From the human T2T-CHM13v2.0 reference genome, Homo sapiens, in NCBI RefSeq assembly GCF_009914755.1, contig NC_060938.1: a stretch of DNA of 64,000 nt. One strand, written 5' to 3'. Below, piece after piece: positions 43,631 to 59,104 of this stretch. Each line of letters opens with the position of its first letter. Within the stretch, counting starts at the first letter, position 1. The position numbers were made by a program, and so were the translations under genes. Under the pieces are notes generated by a model. The model made no database searches, was not told the DNA's origin, and saw only the letters and a list, made by a program, of their open reading frames with translations.

Positions 43631-46464
43631 ACACTTACAGTAACAGTAGGATCAGACTGAGAGCTGGAAAAGGAACAGCGCAATGGGATTGGTAGCATAA
43701 AAGATTTACCACCAGATGCAGAAAGCAGTTCTCACCATTGCTTCCTCAGTTCCTTAGCATCCACCACGCGCAGAACTTTACACTTTACACTCAAGGGGTG
43801 TATGAATAAAGGGAATGCAACCAAAGTTTAAGGTAAGAAACTCAGAGCTTGTTCAGTTCAGTTAGTACTTAATTGGCTACCCAGCCTTGTGCCAGGTACC
43901 TTGTTCTGGGGCTAGAGAGCTGAAATAAGCATGGAGAAGATCTGCAGGGAAACCAACAGATGCAATCAGTGCAAGAAATGCTGTCATTAGAAGTGTGTAC
44001 CAAACACCATTGGAGCACAGGCGGAGAGACACCAAACTTGGCCTAGGAAGGGATGCAGAGGCTTTGGAGACAGAGAAGCTTCAGTTAAGAGTGAAAAAGT
44101 CAGCCCAGGAGAGAAATGAGCTCTTCCATTTATCTGTGGTGATAAATCAATGTGTTTTAATTTTTCCTTTTTCAGTCCGTTTAGGACCAATACTTTTTAT
44201 AAAATGTATTAAAAGTAAATTACTAGAAAAATGAAATTTCCAAATACATATAAAACAGAAGACCACATTTTTATTATTAGATTCAGCGGACTTATATTGT
44301 CATGTAGTATGACAGTATGATAGTTTGTCATACTGTCAAATAGTTTCGAAAAACTCTGTGCCTCTACTTTTACCTCACCATGGGTCAGCGCCAGTTTGCA
44401 GACGAGCGGCAGTTTGTGGACCACACTTTGAGTAGCATTGCCCTGGGCAGAGGAGGACATATGTGAGGATATAGTGATTGACTGATGTGAGAAATGTGGA
44501 GGGAATATCATCGTGTCCCATCCCATCGTTTTACAGATGAGGAAACTGAGGCCCAGAAAGGTGACAGAGCTAAGACCAGAGTCCCTGCTTTCTAACTCGA
44601 GACAGTTCTTCTTCTTGTCCTTTGACTAACTCACCTGAACAGTCACCAGATAGCACCAGCATTCCAGCCTGCCTACCCTGCTTCACCCACGCCTACTGCC
44701 TCTGAAGAAAGGGAAGAATCTGTGTCCATCAGAACATGCCGGGGATACCAGGACACCAGCCTGCTGCCCAACCTGGCTGACCCGTCTGCTCACGGACCCT
44801 GTCTTAATGACAGAAGCCACTCCAAGAGTTCACTGTGTCCTGCAGTAGCCAGTTAAATTCATGTAAATCCTGTTTGGGCAGTCAGTGGAATTTTTAATAC
44901 TCTTCTCCTTTAAAAAAAAAAAAAAAAAAAAGGAACAAAGGTTTTTCTCATCTATAAGCCAAACATGAGCAGGCAGTCACCAAGCAGGGCAAATTGTTAT
45001 CTCTTGGAATCAGTTTGGTTCTAGACTGGTCTTGAAGGATTGACGCCTGGTCTGGGGTGGACTTGAGAGCCACAGAGTATGCTGTCCTGGTCTTAGGTCA
45101 TCCCCAAGACAGGGGACCTCTGCAGGCAATAGCAGCTTCACGTTGGCTGTAGAGGTCCCAGATGGGTCCCAGGGTCCCAGCACAAACCAGAATCCACCCA
45201 GCTCCCCCCACATCCTCCCTAATCCTTCCTCACTGCGGTCTCCTGGGAACCTGGCCAAACCCAATGGTCAGGGAGGGAGTTGCTGTTCAGATTAATAGCC
45301 ATTTATTATGGGCCTGGTATTTGCAAAGCACTGTGTTAGGCACTGAAGGGAACCCCGAAATATAAAGATATAGAAACGAAGGCAATGAGTCTCCTCATGG
45401 ATATTGCATTTTAGGTGGAGAAATAAGTCATATAACAGCCCAGACGGGATTTTGAAATTTGTTCTCTCTGCCTGCCTCTTTTGGTCCCCATGACCAAGGA
45501 AGGCAAACACCAGTGCAGTGGCATTGATATAAATTCTTAAATGTGAACATGGCACTTGGAGTTGATTGCTTATTTGTGAAAATACATGATAAAAATATTC
45601 ATAGATTCAGACATGTCAAAAAGATTCCTTCATTTATCACAGAGTTGTTTATAACAGTGAAAAATTTAAGAAGTCTGCAGGTGGCCTTGCATGGTCTGGG
45701 TGTTATCACACCACTGAGTGTCAAACCAGCATCTGCTGTTGGGTATGGGTCCTAAGCAATAGACAGGGAGGGGGTGAAGAACAAGGACTGGCTGTACAGT
45801 TGAATTTTATTTGATTACGTTGTGAAGTACAGATACTGTTTCACTTCCTGGGAATTTTGTGTTTTATTTCTGGAGATTTGAAATTCTCCAGAATGGAAAT
45901 AAAGTTCTCCAGCCACTGTGGTGGTGTGGATGGCAACAGGGTTCAGTGACTTCCCTTATCCTCGTTCAACTTATTCTACCTAGCAGAACCAGTCACCTGT
46001 GGTGAATTCAGTGGCGTTTGACAGTCTAGGATGAACCGAATGAACCTCAACTTAAACCAGCTTTTTGTCATTGTACTGACCTGGGCACTTGACACTAAAC
46101 AGAGATCTTAATTCCTGTATCTTCATGCATCAGAATTTGGTCTTAGTGGAGATGTCAATAGACGACGGTGTTGTGGCTGGTTGGGTTTAACCAGTTCTGG
46201 AGGCATTTTGCTCGTTGCCCAAGGTACTGGTGCCAGACCATGTCACTGTATGACCCATCTGGCTTTGGCTCCTGGCTCTATTACCCAGAGAGCAGTTTAT
46301 AAGCCAGATGTGTCACTTAATAGTAGGCATACCTGCCCAAAATGCAAAAGCTTACAGTAGTTATCTAGAATTTACGAAGCTTGTTTTTACTCTTTATCAG
46401 TGTTGATTCTTATAAAAATCATGACAGTAGGCCATGTAGATATTATCTTTCTTGTTGATGAATA

Positions 46465-46700
46465 AATAATAGCCAAGGGCTCTACAGCACTTAATGCATT
46501 CCAGGCGCTATGCTAAACCTAATTCACATTAAGTAACTCATCATTTCTATGAGGCAGGAACTGTTGTTATCTACATTTCTTGATGAGGAAATAAGCCCAG
46601 AGTGGTTAAGTAACTTGCCCAAGATCACACAGCTAGTAAAACTAAAACTAAACTCGGCTAATCAGGCTCTAAAGTCTGTGCCCGTAGCCTCACAATATGC
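46465..46700 (-). mobile_element. MIR
   Basis: gatgaggaaa...ggttaagtaacttgcccaagatcacacagctagtaa. Confidence 0.85.
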
Positions 46701-49423
46701 TGCCCATTGAAATCAGACAGACAGATGAGATGTGGTATGACCTCCCCAAGCCACTTGGGTAGGGGAGGGAAGCAGATTGAGGGAGGCAACTGTAAAAGCA
46801 TGGTTGGGAAGTTGTCCTTGGCTCATCTCTCTATATGGCACAGGGCTCCAAACTGAAATAGCCACTATTGGGTCAAGATTAGTCCAGCATTTAGGCAAGA
46901 AGAATGTTAGTCCAGTCATCTGCTACTTTTGCTAGCATGTATGGTGGTGACACTTTTTAAACTAAAAGTAACACACATAGGCTAAAAAATAAATTTTTCC
47001 TGGTTTTTGAATTCTGTTTACTTTTAAGATCTTAGGAAGTTATAATGACTCACACTTGCACATTTAATAATGACTTTTATTAAGAATGCTATGACACAAA
47101 ATTAGAAACATTCTTCAGACAGTGTCTCCACGTGTAAGTACTTAAAGAAAACAACTAAATGGCTATTTGGGAAAACTGGGCCCTTTGGTTGCAAAACCAA
47201 GTGCTGGGGCCGGAGTGAGTGCTCAAGAAGTACCAGTGAGTTCTCCCAAGGGAAATTTCTTAGGGGAAAATGTGATGTCTTTTGCACATGTTACTATGAT
47301 GTGAGTCCAGTATTGGTAGGAAATCAGTAAAATTCCCTGAACTTTACTGTGTGTGTTGCCGTCTTGTGTCTAGCCCGTGATTGACATTCTAGAGATAATA
47401 TGAGAAATATTCCAGACCTGACCTTAGAGTTTGTAATCCAGTTGGGAGAAACAAAGCCTTTTATGCAAAACATAATTAGAGAACCAAGCAATATCATCTA
47501 TAATCTAAAAGTAAAATGTGAGGTATGTTTTTAATTCCAAGAGCCTGTGAGTGGTTCTGAAGTGCAAGTGTCTTCTTGTGTTTTTCAGAGGTTTGTGTTT
47601 AGATGGCTCAGGTTTAATCTCTAATGGGGATAGCAGGGAACCAGATGAGACCTGCTGAGGTGGCCACAGTACTGATTCTAGTGGGCAGGCTGCCTCCCCT
47701 CTGATACTGTGTAAGGCATTACTAATGCTGGCAACAGTTTGCATATAGCCAATTGCCAAAAGCAGCCTGCACATCCCTCCTGAGGCTGGTCCCGTAAATT
47801 CTTCTCTTTCCTGTCGTAAAGCATTCCTCATCACCACCTCCCTTTTCACACTTTATGCAAGGCCGTGCACTGGGACAGCAAATGGCTGCAACTTTCACTG
47901 CTTGCTTTTCCCAAGTCGAAGAAAAGTTCCAACGCTGGCAAAGCAAGGACATTGCTATTTTCTGACGATCGAATGTCTTCGAGGAACTAGCTTCAGTGCT
48001 GATAGGGTCTGTGTTCCTCTAGTAAGAATAGCACTGTTTCCATTAGAGGGGACCAGGATGGGTAGACAGGCTAAGACGTCTGATTACTCTTTGCTCTGTG
48101 TATTTGTATGACAGCTCGGGTGTCTGGCTTACCTTCCTGAGGATGAGAGCCATAGCATTATCCATTTAATAACAGCCACAGTGACAGTGCTGATAATGGC
48201 TAGCATTTACCTAGCACTGTGTGCCCTAGAACATTTAATAGTTTCACTCTATGAACTCGTTTGTTGGTCTTCGTGCCATGTGTCCAACATAAAGCTAGCA
48301 GGACCCATCTGTCCTTGCCCATGCTTATTCTGTGCCACAGCCACCCCTGGTTGTGATTAAGATATTAATGTTAAAGAGGGAATTGAGTTCTGATTTCTCC
48401 TCATTCAAAACCATTCTGTCATCTTCATGCACATGCCCTGCAGGCAGCCAGCCAGTAAGGGGTCCTTCATACCTATCCTGTTCCTGGCTGGTGGCTCTCA
48501 GAATCTGCCATGGCTCTTTGATCCTGTTTGTCCTCCTGCCCTTGAGTGACTGGCTATCAGAAAGCCTTCATTTCCTTGTTGGATTCTGCCTCCAGGAAGC
48601 AAAGCCGACCCAGTGGTTTCTGTGGGTCAGCTGCACTTGGCTGTCTGCACTGGGGAAGAGACTTGGCTTGTTGGCTGTTTTATGCCCTTTGGACTGTCAG
48701 GTCCAAGTGTACTGTTGGCCGCAGCATCCAGTCTGTGCTATCAGAGCAAGGCGCTATGGTCAGGAGACCCTTAGCCACCAAAGGTCTGTTGTCTCCTGGT
48801 GTCTTTGCCTGAAGACTTCTGGCCTTCTTGTGTTTCATCACTAAGTGCATCTATAAGCTGACCCGCTGCCAGGTATCATGTCTGAGCATTTTGGCAAGGA
48901 GAGTCGGTGAGAGAAGTTTTCTTGGCAACCATAAAATAAAAGTACTATCAGGAGCTGCTAAATAAATTTGCACCGCTTCAGCCAGGGAATTTCAGCTCTC
49001 CTGGGTGGGATAGTGATAGGGGATGTGGAATGCAAAAAAAAAAAAGAAAAAGAAAAAGAAAAAAAATTATGAGGCTCAGCTGTCAGTTTGATGGCTCATT
49101 TATTTGATGGTCCTAAGGAGATGTATGATTGGTACACTGAGGATGTTTATCAAACTCATTTCCTCTTGTATTTGTCCAGAGAGTCAGCGAATGGGGTTTT
49201 TTGGGTATTTTTTTCTACCGTGAGACAAAGTGAGGGGAAATCTCTGAGTCCCTTTGCTCAACTTAAGTTGGTCCTGTGTATCTGCAGTGGTGATGGTGGG
49301 AACACACTGCCTACATGTCAAGGGCATCAAACACCCAGAACAGGATGAAGACCAACACCTAGTCTATGGGAATTAGTTTGTGAGTCTGTGCCCTGTTTGT
49401 TTGTTTCTTTGTTTCATTATTGT

Positions 49424-50003
<580 letters not shown>

Positions 50004-50699
50004 TGTTTTAAAGAGGGTGAAGTAACCAGATTCAAATAGGAGTCATTTTTGTCATTTCTCATCCCAGGTAGCTGCTGGGAGGAGGTATGAGGGGGTAGTG
50101 GGGAAGAGCCTCAGAAGAGCCTTGGCAACACTTTCTGGGCTGGAAATTGTTTTACTGACTTTCTTCATTATAAAATGAAGTATTTTACATTCAGCCTCAT
50201 AATGATGAATGTTCACATCTTGTATACGTGGTCTTCAGCAAGATATTCCAATAGGTCAGCCTCAGGAACACCAGATTAAGTGTCTGTGAGGAGAAATGGC
50301 ATAGGGACCTCATTTAATAATTAGGAATGCTGCTGCTTTTAGTAGGAAATTCATTTTCATACTTAAGTTCATTCAGACTTCAGGGACACATTGTGGGGCT
50401 ATTGAAAATATAAATGCCATCCACGACAATCATAGACACTTAGTAGACATTAAGTAATTTCTGTGGTAAAAAAAAAAAAAAATGAGCTGATGGCAACAAG
50501 TTCAATTCTAAGTCTACAAATGTGCAGGTTCTCTAAGCAAACAGGATGTTTTTTTCCAACATTCCCTTGGAGCCTGGGTTCCAAAAGAAATCCTTTGCAC
50601 TCTGACCAATGGGTCCTTTTCCCTGCACATCTTCCTTGGGAATTATGGCCTTAAATACTACAGAAACCAAAAAAAAAAAAAAAAGAAAGAAAGATTAAA

Positions 50700-52040
50700 G
50701 CTAGAATATGTAAACACATTTTAATGACTTTTTCCTGGTTAACAAAGTAATACATGATTCCTGTAGGAAATTTAGAAAATCCAAAACAGAAAATAAAAAT
50801 CACCCATAAACATATCACCTGGAAATAGACTTTTATGTTTTTCCTCATCTCCTTTTTTCCTCCTGTCTTTCCTCCTTTTTCCTCCTGTCTTTCCTCCTTT
50901 TCTTTATCCCTCTCTGTCACAATTGTAACAAATTAAGAGAATATTGAAAATATAATTTTGTATCCTGTTCTTTCACTTAGAATTGTATGAGCCTATAAGT
51001 AAGTCATGAAACCCAGAAGCTGTGAAGGAAAGATTGATAACTGGACTATATCAAAACAAAACTTCAACCAGGCGATAATATTTACAACCCATAGAACCAA
51101 TATAAAAAATTATTACTATCCCATAATATGAGCTTCTTAAAAAAATCAAAAAGATAAACAACTCAAGTTTTTAAATGGTTAAACCATGTGAATAGGCAAG
51201 AAAAAATTCAAATGGCCATTAAACATATATTCTTCTTAAAGCTTAATCTCATTAATAGTCAAGAAATGAAGTTGAAACAATGAGCTCATTTTTCACTGGC
51301 GGTTTGGCAAGAATTAGAAGGATGATTCCATCTAGCCTGAACAAGGAAGCCAAAACATTGACACTTTCATGTGCTACTGGTGGGAATATAAATTGATGCA
51401 ACCCTTTTGGAAAACAGTTTCTCTACATCTGTTTAAATTTAAAATATTTATGCCCTTTGATATGGCATTTCTACTTCTAAAAAAATGTATCCTAAATAAA
51501 CACTCCCACAAGTGTGCAAATCATGTTCATTACTCCATTGTTTGAAGTTGCAAAAAATTTAAAACAACCCAAATGTTTATGTAGAGGAACTGGTTAAATT
51601 GTGGTAGATTTTTATAGTGGAATTGTATGCAACCATTATAGAGAATGAGCCAGAGGCATAGGAGATATAAATATGTCCAAGACAATTGTTGAGAAAAGTA
51701 TTTTACTGTATAATATTGTGTTAGTGTAGCATTGAGAAGAAAAGTTTGAAAGACTGAACCCATCATCATTTTCTCTATACCTTTTTCAGGAATGATCAAT
51801 TTTATATAATGAAAATATTACTTTTATAATCAAAAAAACATTTTCAGATAACATTTAAAAATTCTATTATAAACATTTCCTTACATTTTTAGTCCTTCAT
51901 AAAAATTTGGCAGCTTTCATAAGATTCTGTCATAGAAATACCATTATTTATTTAGCCATTCCACGGTTGATACATAATTTAGCTTTTTTTCAAATTATAT
52001 ATGATGCAGCAACCAATATCTTTGTAAAATAAGATTCTTA
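50700..52040. mobile_element. Ancient L1ME-type fragments in both orientations
   Basis: actggtgggaatataaattgatgcaacccttttggaaaacagttt (sense) and antisense 3'-UTR-like pieces; approximate. Confidence 0.6.
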
Positions 52041-52147
52041 ATTTTACACTCACAAGAGTATCATATCACATAGCAGAGATTGAGAATTTAACCTGAAAAT
52101 AATCCATTGGGTGATTCTGAATGTACAAGATTGATGTTTTTCTAATC

Positions 52148-52325
<178 letters not shown>

Positions 52326-52509
52326 TTAATCTTTTTAAAGCTTACCTGGACTATAGGTGGCCCATATGGAGGCAAAAGATTTGGGCCCCACTCTCTAGGC
52401 ACACAGCTCTGCTACCCTACTCTAAGTATAATTTGTCACTAGTTTTTGTAGTCTCAGTGTAAAAAAGAGCAGAGATCTTGGCCTCAGGAGATCCTCTTCC
52501 CAAGGCTCA

Positions 52510-53450
52510 GTCCCAGGCTCTCTCCTTATTTCATTCCTTCTCCTGAGGTGAACTCATCCACACCCAGGTAATGACTCTCAAATTTATAGCTCCGAACCAG
52601 CCTTCCCTTTGACATCTAGCCATGTGTATTCAGCTGCTTAAATATCTCCACCTGTATGTCTAAAAAAAGTAGCTCAATCTGTCCAAAATAAATTCTGTGA
52701 TCCAGAACCTGCTGATGCCTCCTTCCCTTTATCCTTTACATCCTTCCATTGCTAAATCCCATTGCTTTCCCCCAGTAGTTCTTGACACATCTAGTTCTCT
52801 TTACCTTACCACCCTCCCTATACCAGGCCACCATCATTTATCTCCTGGATACTCTAGTAGCTTCCCAAATGATCTCCTCATGTTCATTCTCAACTCCTCT
52901 GATATGGAGTCCTGTAAAATCGAAAATCTAATGCCATCCCTCTCCTGAGTCAGAGTTTTCCATGGTTTATTGGGCTAAAGACTGAAATCCTCACTGGCCC
53001 CTGCCTCATCTGGTCCCTGCTCTCTCCTGTCTCCATGCTCTCTTCTCTCGCCACCCAGGACTCCAACCACACTAGTCTTCATTTCTTGACTGAACCCCCT
53101 CACCTCTGTTCCTTCCTTCTGAAATTCTCCTTACCCTCACTTTCCCTTCTTTCTGTCTCTTCACTTGGTTAATAATCTTCACAGCTCAGTTCAAATGTCA
53201 CTTTCCTGGGAAATCTTCCCCCAGTGCTAGGTCAGGCCATCCCTTGATCTATTCCCATGTTTTCTCCTCATTGCACTCATCACAGTTGATAATTGTAAAT
53301 TTAGTTGTGTGGTGATCTGTCTGCTTCTCCCACCAGACATTAACCCCCTTGTGGGTAGAGATGGTGCCCCCTTTGCTTACTATTGTATCCCAACATCCTG
53401 GCATATGGCCAGGCTCATGGACAATACTAAAGAATGGTTGGGTGGGTGAA
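52510..53450 (+). mobile_element. Degenerate L2
   Basis: Pyrimidine-rich L2 body: ctcagttcaaatgtcactttcctgggaaatcttccc; cctggcatatggc. Confidence 0.7.
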
Positions 53451-56400
53451 GGGATGGATATCTCGTGTCAGGTGATGCATGAATGGCACTACTGTCTAAC
53501 TCACGATGAAACCAAATGTTATGCTTTTGCTAATTCAGTGACTTTTCAAAAGTCTTTTGCCCATTTAATACAATCCATCTTGCTTTGAAAAAACTTTAAG
53601 TATAAACCCAGGCACTCAAAACACAAGCCAGTCCTAAGTAGTTTTATTCTAAAATTAAGACCATAACCCACATTCACTCACTTGGCAGATGCCCCCTTTT
53701 CACACTTACCTACATGCTAGTTCCTCCTCCTCAGTGGAAGGCAGCAAATGATCTGCACATTTGACCACTTGAGAGATTTGCTGTGCACTCCCCTATGCCT
53801 GTATCCTCAAGGACTCTGTAAAATCCATTGAACTCTATGCACAAGCTAAGAAAAAAACCTTGCTTTGCAGTATTTCGATTATGCATTTCATAGTAATATG
53901 CATAAAACATCCCTCTATCATAGTGCCATCTTAGAATATTTATTGATTCCCTCAGGTGGTTCTTGTTTCAATTAAAGTCCTTTTGGGAAACAATCTATCC
54001 GGGGGATTGGCCGGTGACACTGCTACATAGAAGGGATTGGGCCTGGTGTAGTAAGTCACAAGCCCAGGCCTTGGAGGTGAGCAGAAGTAAATCTGAATCC
54101 TGATTTTACCCCTGTCTAGCTATATAATCTTGGGGTAGAGCCTACTTCATAGAGTTATTTTGAGGATAAAATAAGAATATAGATAAAGCACTTAGCATTT
54201 GATGAACATTCAGTATATGTTAACCACTGAAGACACTGTTATTCTTGTTATTCACAAAAGCTTTTTTCCAGGTTTTCTAGACAGACCCACAGACTCACCA
54301 CCCCCAAATGAGCAACAGACAAATGGCAGTATGCTGACAATCATAAATTGACTGTGTATTTTATGATAATGGGTATCAAAGTTGTACTCTATTAAAGAAT
54401 TATTATCTTTGAGATTCAGATATTAAAATGTGTATAGATGAAATAGCTCATATCCTGGATTTGTTTCAAAATAATCTGATAAAAGATGGATCAGGGAGGG
54501 AGGGAGTCAATGTAGCGAGGGAGCATGTTTGGACGTGCATTGGCAGGTGCCGAGGCTGTGTGATCAGTATGGGAGTTGTGTCATTCTCCCTACTTTTGTC
54601 TGTTTTGAAATTTCCCATAATAAAAGTTGAAAAATATGTTAAAAATAGTTCATATAAATAGCCTCCTAGATTCATTCTTGTTCAAGGAGCCAGCTCTCAA
54701 CTCGCTTTCCTTTATTTCTTTTGGAAGAGTAACTGACTCTAGTGATCTAAGCAGTAAGACTCATGTCAATCTGTTTTATTACTCTCAGGATAGCTTATGG
54801 TGGAAACAAAATAAATCCAATTTCTGAATCTCCTTTGTCTTCAATCACTTGGGAATTCTCTCTGAAACTACTGTGGGCATTTTAAGTAACCCTGATTACC
54901 CAGCAAGAACAATGTAGCTTTCAGACAAGCACAGAGGATAGAATAACTCTTTCTACCCTTCTATGCTTGCATGACAAAAGCTGTAGCTATTAAATACCGG
55001 TGCTCAATGAGCTAATGAATGGCAAGCCGGTAACTGTGGTTTTGGCATTTTAGTATTTGAGCCTCTGCCCTGTATGAACTTGTAATCTTCATTGTGTAGC
55101 CTTGTTAAGTTCAGCTGCTGAGTTACATGTTGGCATAGGAAGCTGAGGTACTCCTAAGCCAAAAACTGACCTCTGCATATTTCAAACTAAAGTCAGGAGG
55201 CTTAGGGTGACTTCTTTTGCTTTAAAAAAAATAAAGGCATGATTTCCCTTTAGAGTGGAAGCTGACCATGACTGTAAATGGCTCTATAATCTTTGGCTTT
55301 GTTTGAGTCACCCTCTCCATGTTCTGCTCTTCCGTTTGGATGCAAGCCAACACGAGGATAAGTGTTCTGCTTGGTCCTCGTTGTTTAATAATTGACCCTT
55401 CAAAACCACTTTCTTTCTCCAGCTTCATCAAAGAGAAGAATTTAAATTTTGATTTCAGGTTTCTTCTTTTCCCTCTTGAGTCTATCTTTAAGGGGTAAAA
55501 CATGTGGCTTTTTATAAGTTTAAGTACTTTGGAGCAAAGTTTATGGAGTGTCCTTCCATCCCCTAAAAATAAGATAGGCTCTGAGTTGGCCAGGGCAGTC
55601 CCATTGGGGTCCATCTGAAATGCTTCTGTTTATCCCTTTGGTCAGCACCTCCTGCCAGGACCATGCTGGAGCTGCTAAGAAGGAAGAGAGGTGCACAGAC
55701 AGAGCCTTCTGGAATACAGTGCGGGGTATGCTATCATAGAAGTATAAACTGGGCACCCTAGGAGCAGAGTTGATATTGCTATGACTGTCTGGGGACATCA
55801 GGACAGACTTCATAGAGCAGGTATGAGATACTTGGGCTGAGGGCAGCACTGGTAGCCTGGAATTACATTATGCTCTTAATTGAACCCTCTTGGGATCCCA
55901 GTTTGAGTGATCTGTCTTATTAAATAGCACTTGGTATGAGAACAGCCATGGCGTTTCCTTTACAGCTCATACAGTTCTGAGAATGCCTAAAATTAGATTG
56001 AAATCAGGATTAAGGTGTCTAACCTGCCTTTGTGGCCTCGGGCATCCTGTGACCAGGATGAGTCACATCCCTGTCTTGCCCACTTGCGTCTTCTGAGAGC
56101 TGCGTCCCAAGACTTCCCCATGCAGAGCTGATTGTAATAGTTGACTGACAAAACTGATGGCCCAGCACTTTCTCTCCCTGCGCGATTCCTGCTGCCCATG
56201 ACAGCAGCTGAGTAATAAGCAGTCAGACCTCTTACCTGGGACATTAGTCACAAGCTCTTAAGCAACTGCGGGTCAGCGCTTGAGACCGTTTTGGATTTCT
56301 GTTAGCACTTGTTTCTGTTGCCCAAGAAGATCCTTTCCAAGACTTCAGCAGGCATACTGGCTTCGGGAAAATTCAGAAACTCAGTGACCTTGTTTGGAAA

Positions 56401-58700
56401 TGTGAGTGATAGTGTTCTGGGCTCAGGTCCACACAGGCCTGGCTTGTCAGGCTAGGACACAGTGTCGATAAAGCTGGGCTCATGGGCTTTGTCCCCCCGG
56501 CCGTGCTCTCTCCTGGGGCTGCAGACTAGTGTGTCTAACCTCAGCCAGGCGCCTCTCTACTGTGTGCCCGCAGTCCCAGAGGAGCCAGGCACCCAGGCCT
56601 TATAGTGCCTCCCAAGTCAGAAAACACTTGTGGAAGAACTGAGAGTGGTGGCCTCCTTCACTGGGCAGGACCACGATCATCCTCACCCCTGCTCCCGTCC
56701 TGCGCTGCTACGATTGCAACCTTTTGTAGGTTAAACTGGCTGTGCTCATATTGTATTTATGTGGTGGGGCCAGGGGAGGAAGCAGCTTCCACAAATCAGC
56801 CCACTGAAAACAGTCACTTATATGGGACATGGGATTCTGCGTGGAGAAGGGCTGATTTGGAGCCAGGACTGGGTTTGGGTTAGAGACACAGAAAGCTTGC
56901 TTCGCTGAAGTGGGTGCACAGGTACTCAGCATGCCTTTGCCTTATGCCCCTGACACCCGGGGAGGCTGCTACTAAGAGCAGAGAAGTCTGTTCTATGTTC
57001 CATTGATCTGTGCCATGAAAGCTTTGCTGCTTTAACCACACTTATTGGGGATTCCTGGAATACCAGACTTGGTTTCCATTCCTGGGCATTTTCTAGTGGC
57101 CATTTTCTGTAAGACCTGTATGGCCAGGCTGTATCAACTCACAGGACACCGTGTGGAAACCAGTCATGCCAGTTCTGTCATCACCTACCTCCTCCAAGCC
57201 AGCAACGTGATCCAGGCTGGACAGAGACCAACCTTTTGCCTTGGGCCATGCAGGCCAACAGACCTTGATTCTCACACTGAGGCAAGAAAATAGAACCTCG
57301 AGTGCCCTGACACAACCCACAGTGAATATGGCACTCCAGAAAGAGCAGTCAGCTGCAGCCACTGAGGAGACGCCACAGCGAGGGGGGCTCCAGGCGGCCC
57401 AAGGCCATGGCAGCCTCCCACAATGGCAGTTAACCACAAAGCTCCAGGCCACCTAGCATCCCCCCCGTGACCTGCAGCCTCCTTGTCACTGATCAGCCTA
57501 TGTGGGTTGCCTCTGAGCATATTGTTCCTTTAAAAACCAAAGTGTAAATGTCTCACCCAAAAGGCCAAGCTGTTGCTCTGTCCAGTCTAGACTGTGCCTG
57601 TGAGGCTAGCAATGCCACCCTCCCTCTGTAACAGTGCCCTGGGGTATGGGTGGCAACAGGACAACCAGGTGCTTGTGCTGGGAAGCGGGTTTTTTTAAGA
57701 GAGCACTGCCTTTTATTTACAGACAGCTTTATCAGTACATGGCCATGTTCCTGCCGACCTTGAGGACTCTTTACCAAACAATCCTGCTGCTGAATATTCA
57801 CTTCCTTCCACATGAATTTGCTCTTAGGGATTGGAGGAGGGGTGGAAATGCTTTCAACCAGTCTCCATAATCTACTAGGCTTCTTGTGCACCTGGGGTAC
57901 CCACAAACAAACCCTGTTCTCACTCTGGTTTTCCTTTTCCTGATTAACATCCCCACAAACCTACTGGATTTAAGACAAACCCAGAAGTCATCATTTCTGC
58001 TGCTTCTCTCTATCCGTCTATCTCTAAGTGATTATCAAGCCTTATTACTGATTTTGCTTTCACCGAAGCCCTGCTTCCTTTCCCCTGACTAACTCCTTAT
58101 TTTCCATTCCATTCATCACTGTCCTGGTTCAGGTCTTAACATCTCTTCCCTGGACGGTTTCAGCCTCCCCCAACTGATCTTTTCTTGTCCAGCCAGGAAT
58201 CTGTTACTCCCTTAATGAGGGAGCATCAATGAGTTCCTTTTGCCTAATATGTAAAAATCAAAATTCCTTCGTGTGACATTCAGGACCCTTCATGGTTTGA
58301 AGGACTTAACTTTCCTCTGTAGCCCTGAGATTTTTCATGGCCCCAGCACTCCTCTGTCCTGTGCTGCCCGCCCCTCAGCCTCCTCCACCATACCCAGGGT
58401 TCTCTGAGTCCACCTGCACAGCCATACTGCTGGGCTTGCTGCCGTGTCCCTGCCCCATCCGCCTGTCCATGGCGGCCTTCTCACTCCCCCTTCTCTGCCT
58501 GGGAGACTCTGACTCATGCTATCAGACCCAGCTCAATTTCTGCTTCTGCTGTGAGGCTGTCTCTCTCTCCTCCCACTAGAAGGAATTGTTCTCTCTTATG
58601 TTTCTCTCGTAGCACTTGGTTCATACCTTCATCGTGCCACTAGGATGATACAGCAATTGGTGTGTTCCCCCTCCCCACCCCTCCTGGTCTATCCTGTCCA

Positions 58701-58714
58701 TGTGTGTGTGTGTG
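58701..58714 (+). repeat. (TG)7
   Basis: Read directly from the sequence. Confidence 0.95.
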
Positions 58715-58745
58715 TCTGTCTGTATATGAAATATATATCTATTTG

Positions 58746-58750
<5 letters not shown>

Positions 58751-58792
<42 letters not shown>
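58751..58792 (+). repeat. (CA)21 microsatellite
   Basis: Read directly from the sequence. Confidence 0.97.
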
Positions 58793-58794
<2 letters not shown>

Positions 58795-58795
58795 G

Positions 58796-59104
<309 letters not shown>

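Noticed and set aside
47523-47588. GTATGT...TTTTTCAG 66-nt mini-intron-like segment
   Set aside because: Shorter than typical human introns, and no coherent flanking exons were found.
47900-48000. Local CpG retention suggesting a CpG island or promoter
   Set aside because: Too short and not GC-rich enough; no support from sequence alone.
48332-48844. Longest ORF in the track (170 aa)
   Set aside because: GTG start, Leu/Ser/Cys-rich composition, no recognisable domain; expected by chance in 64 kb.
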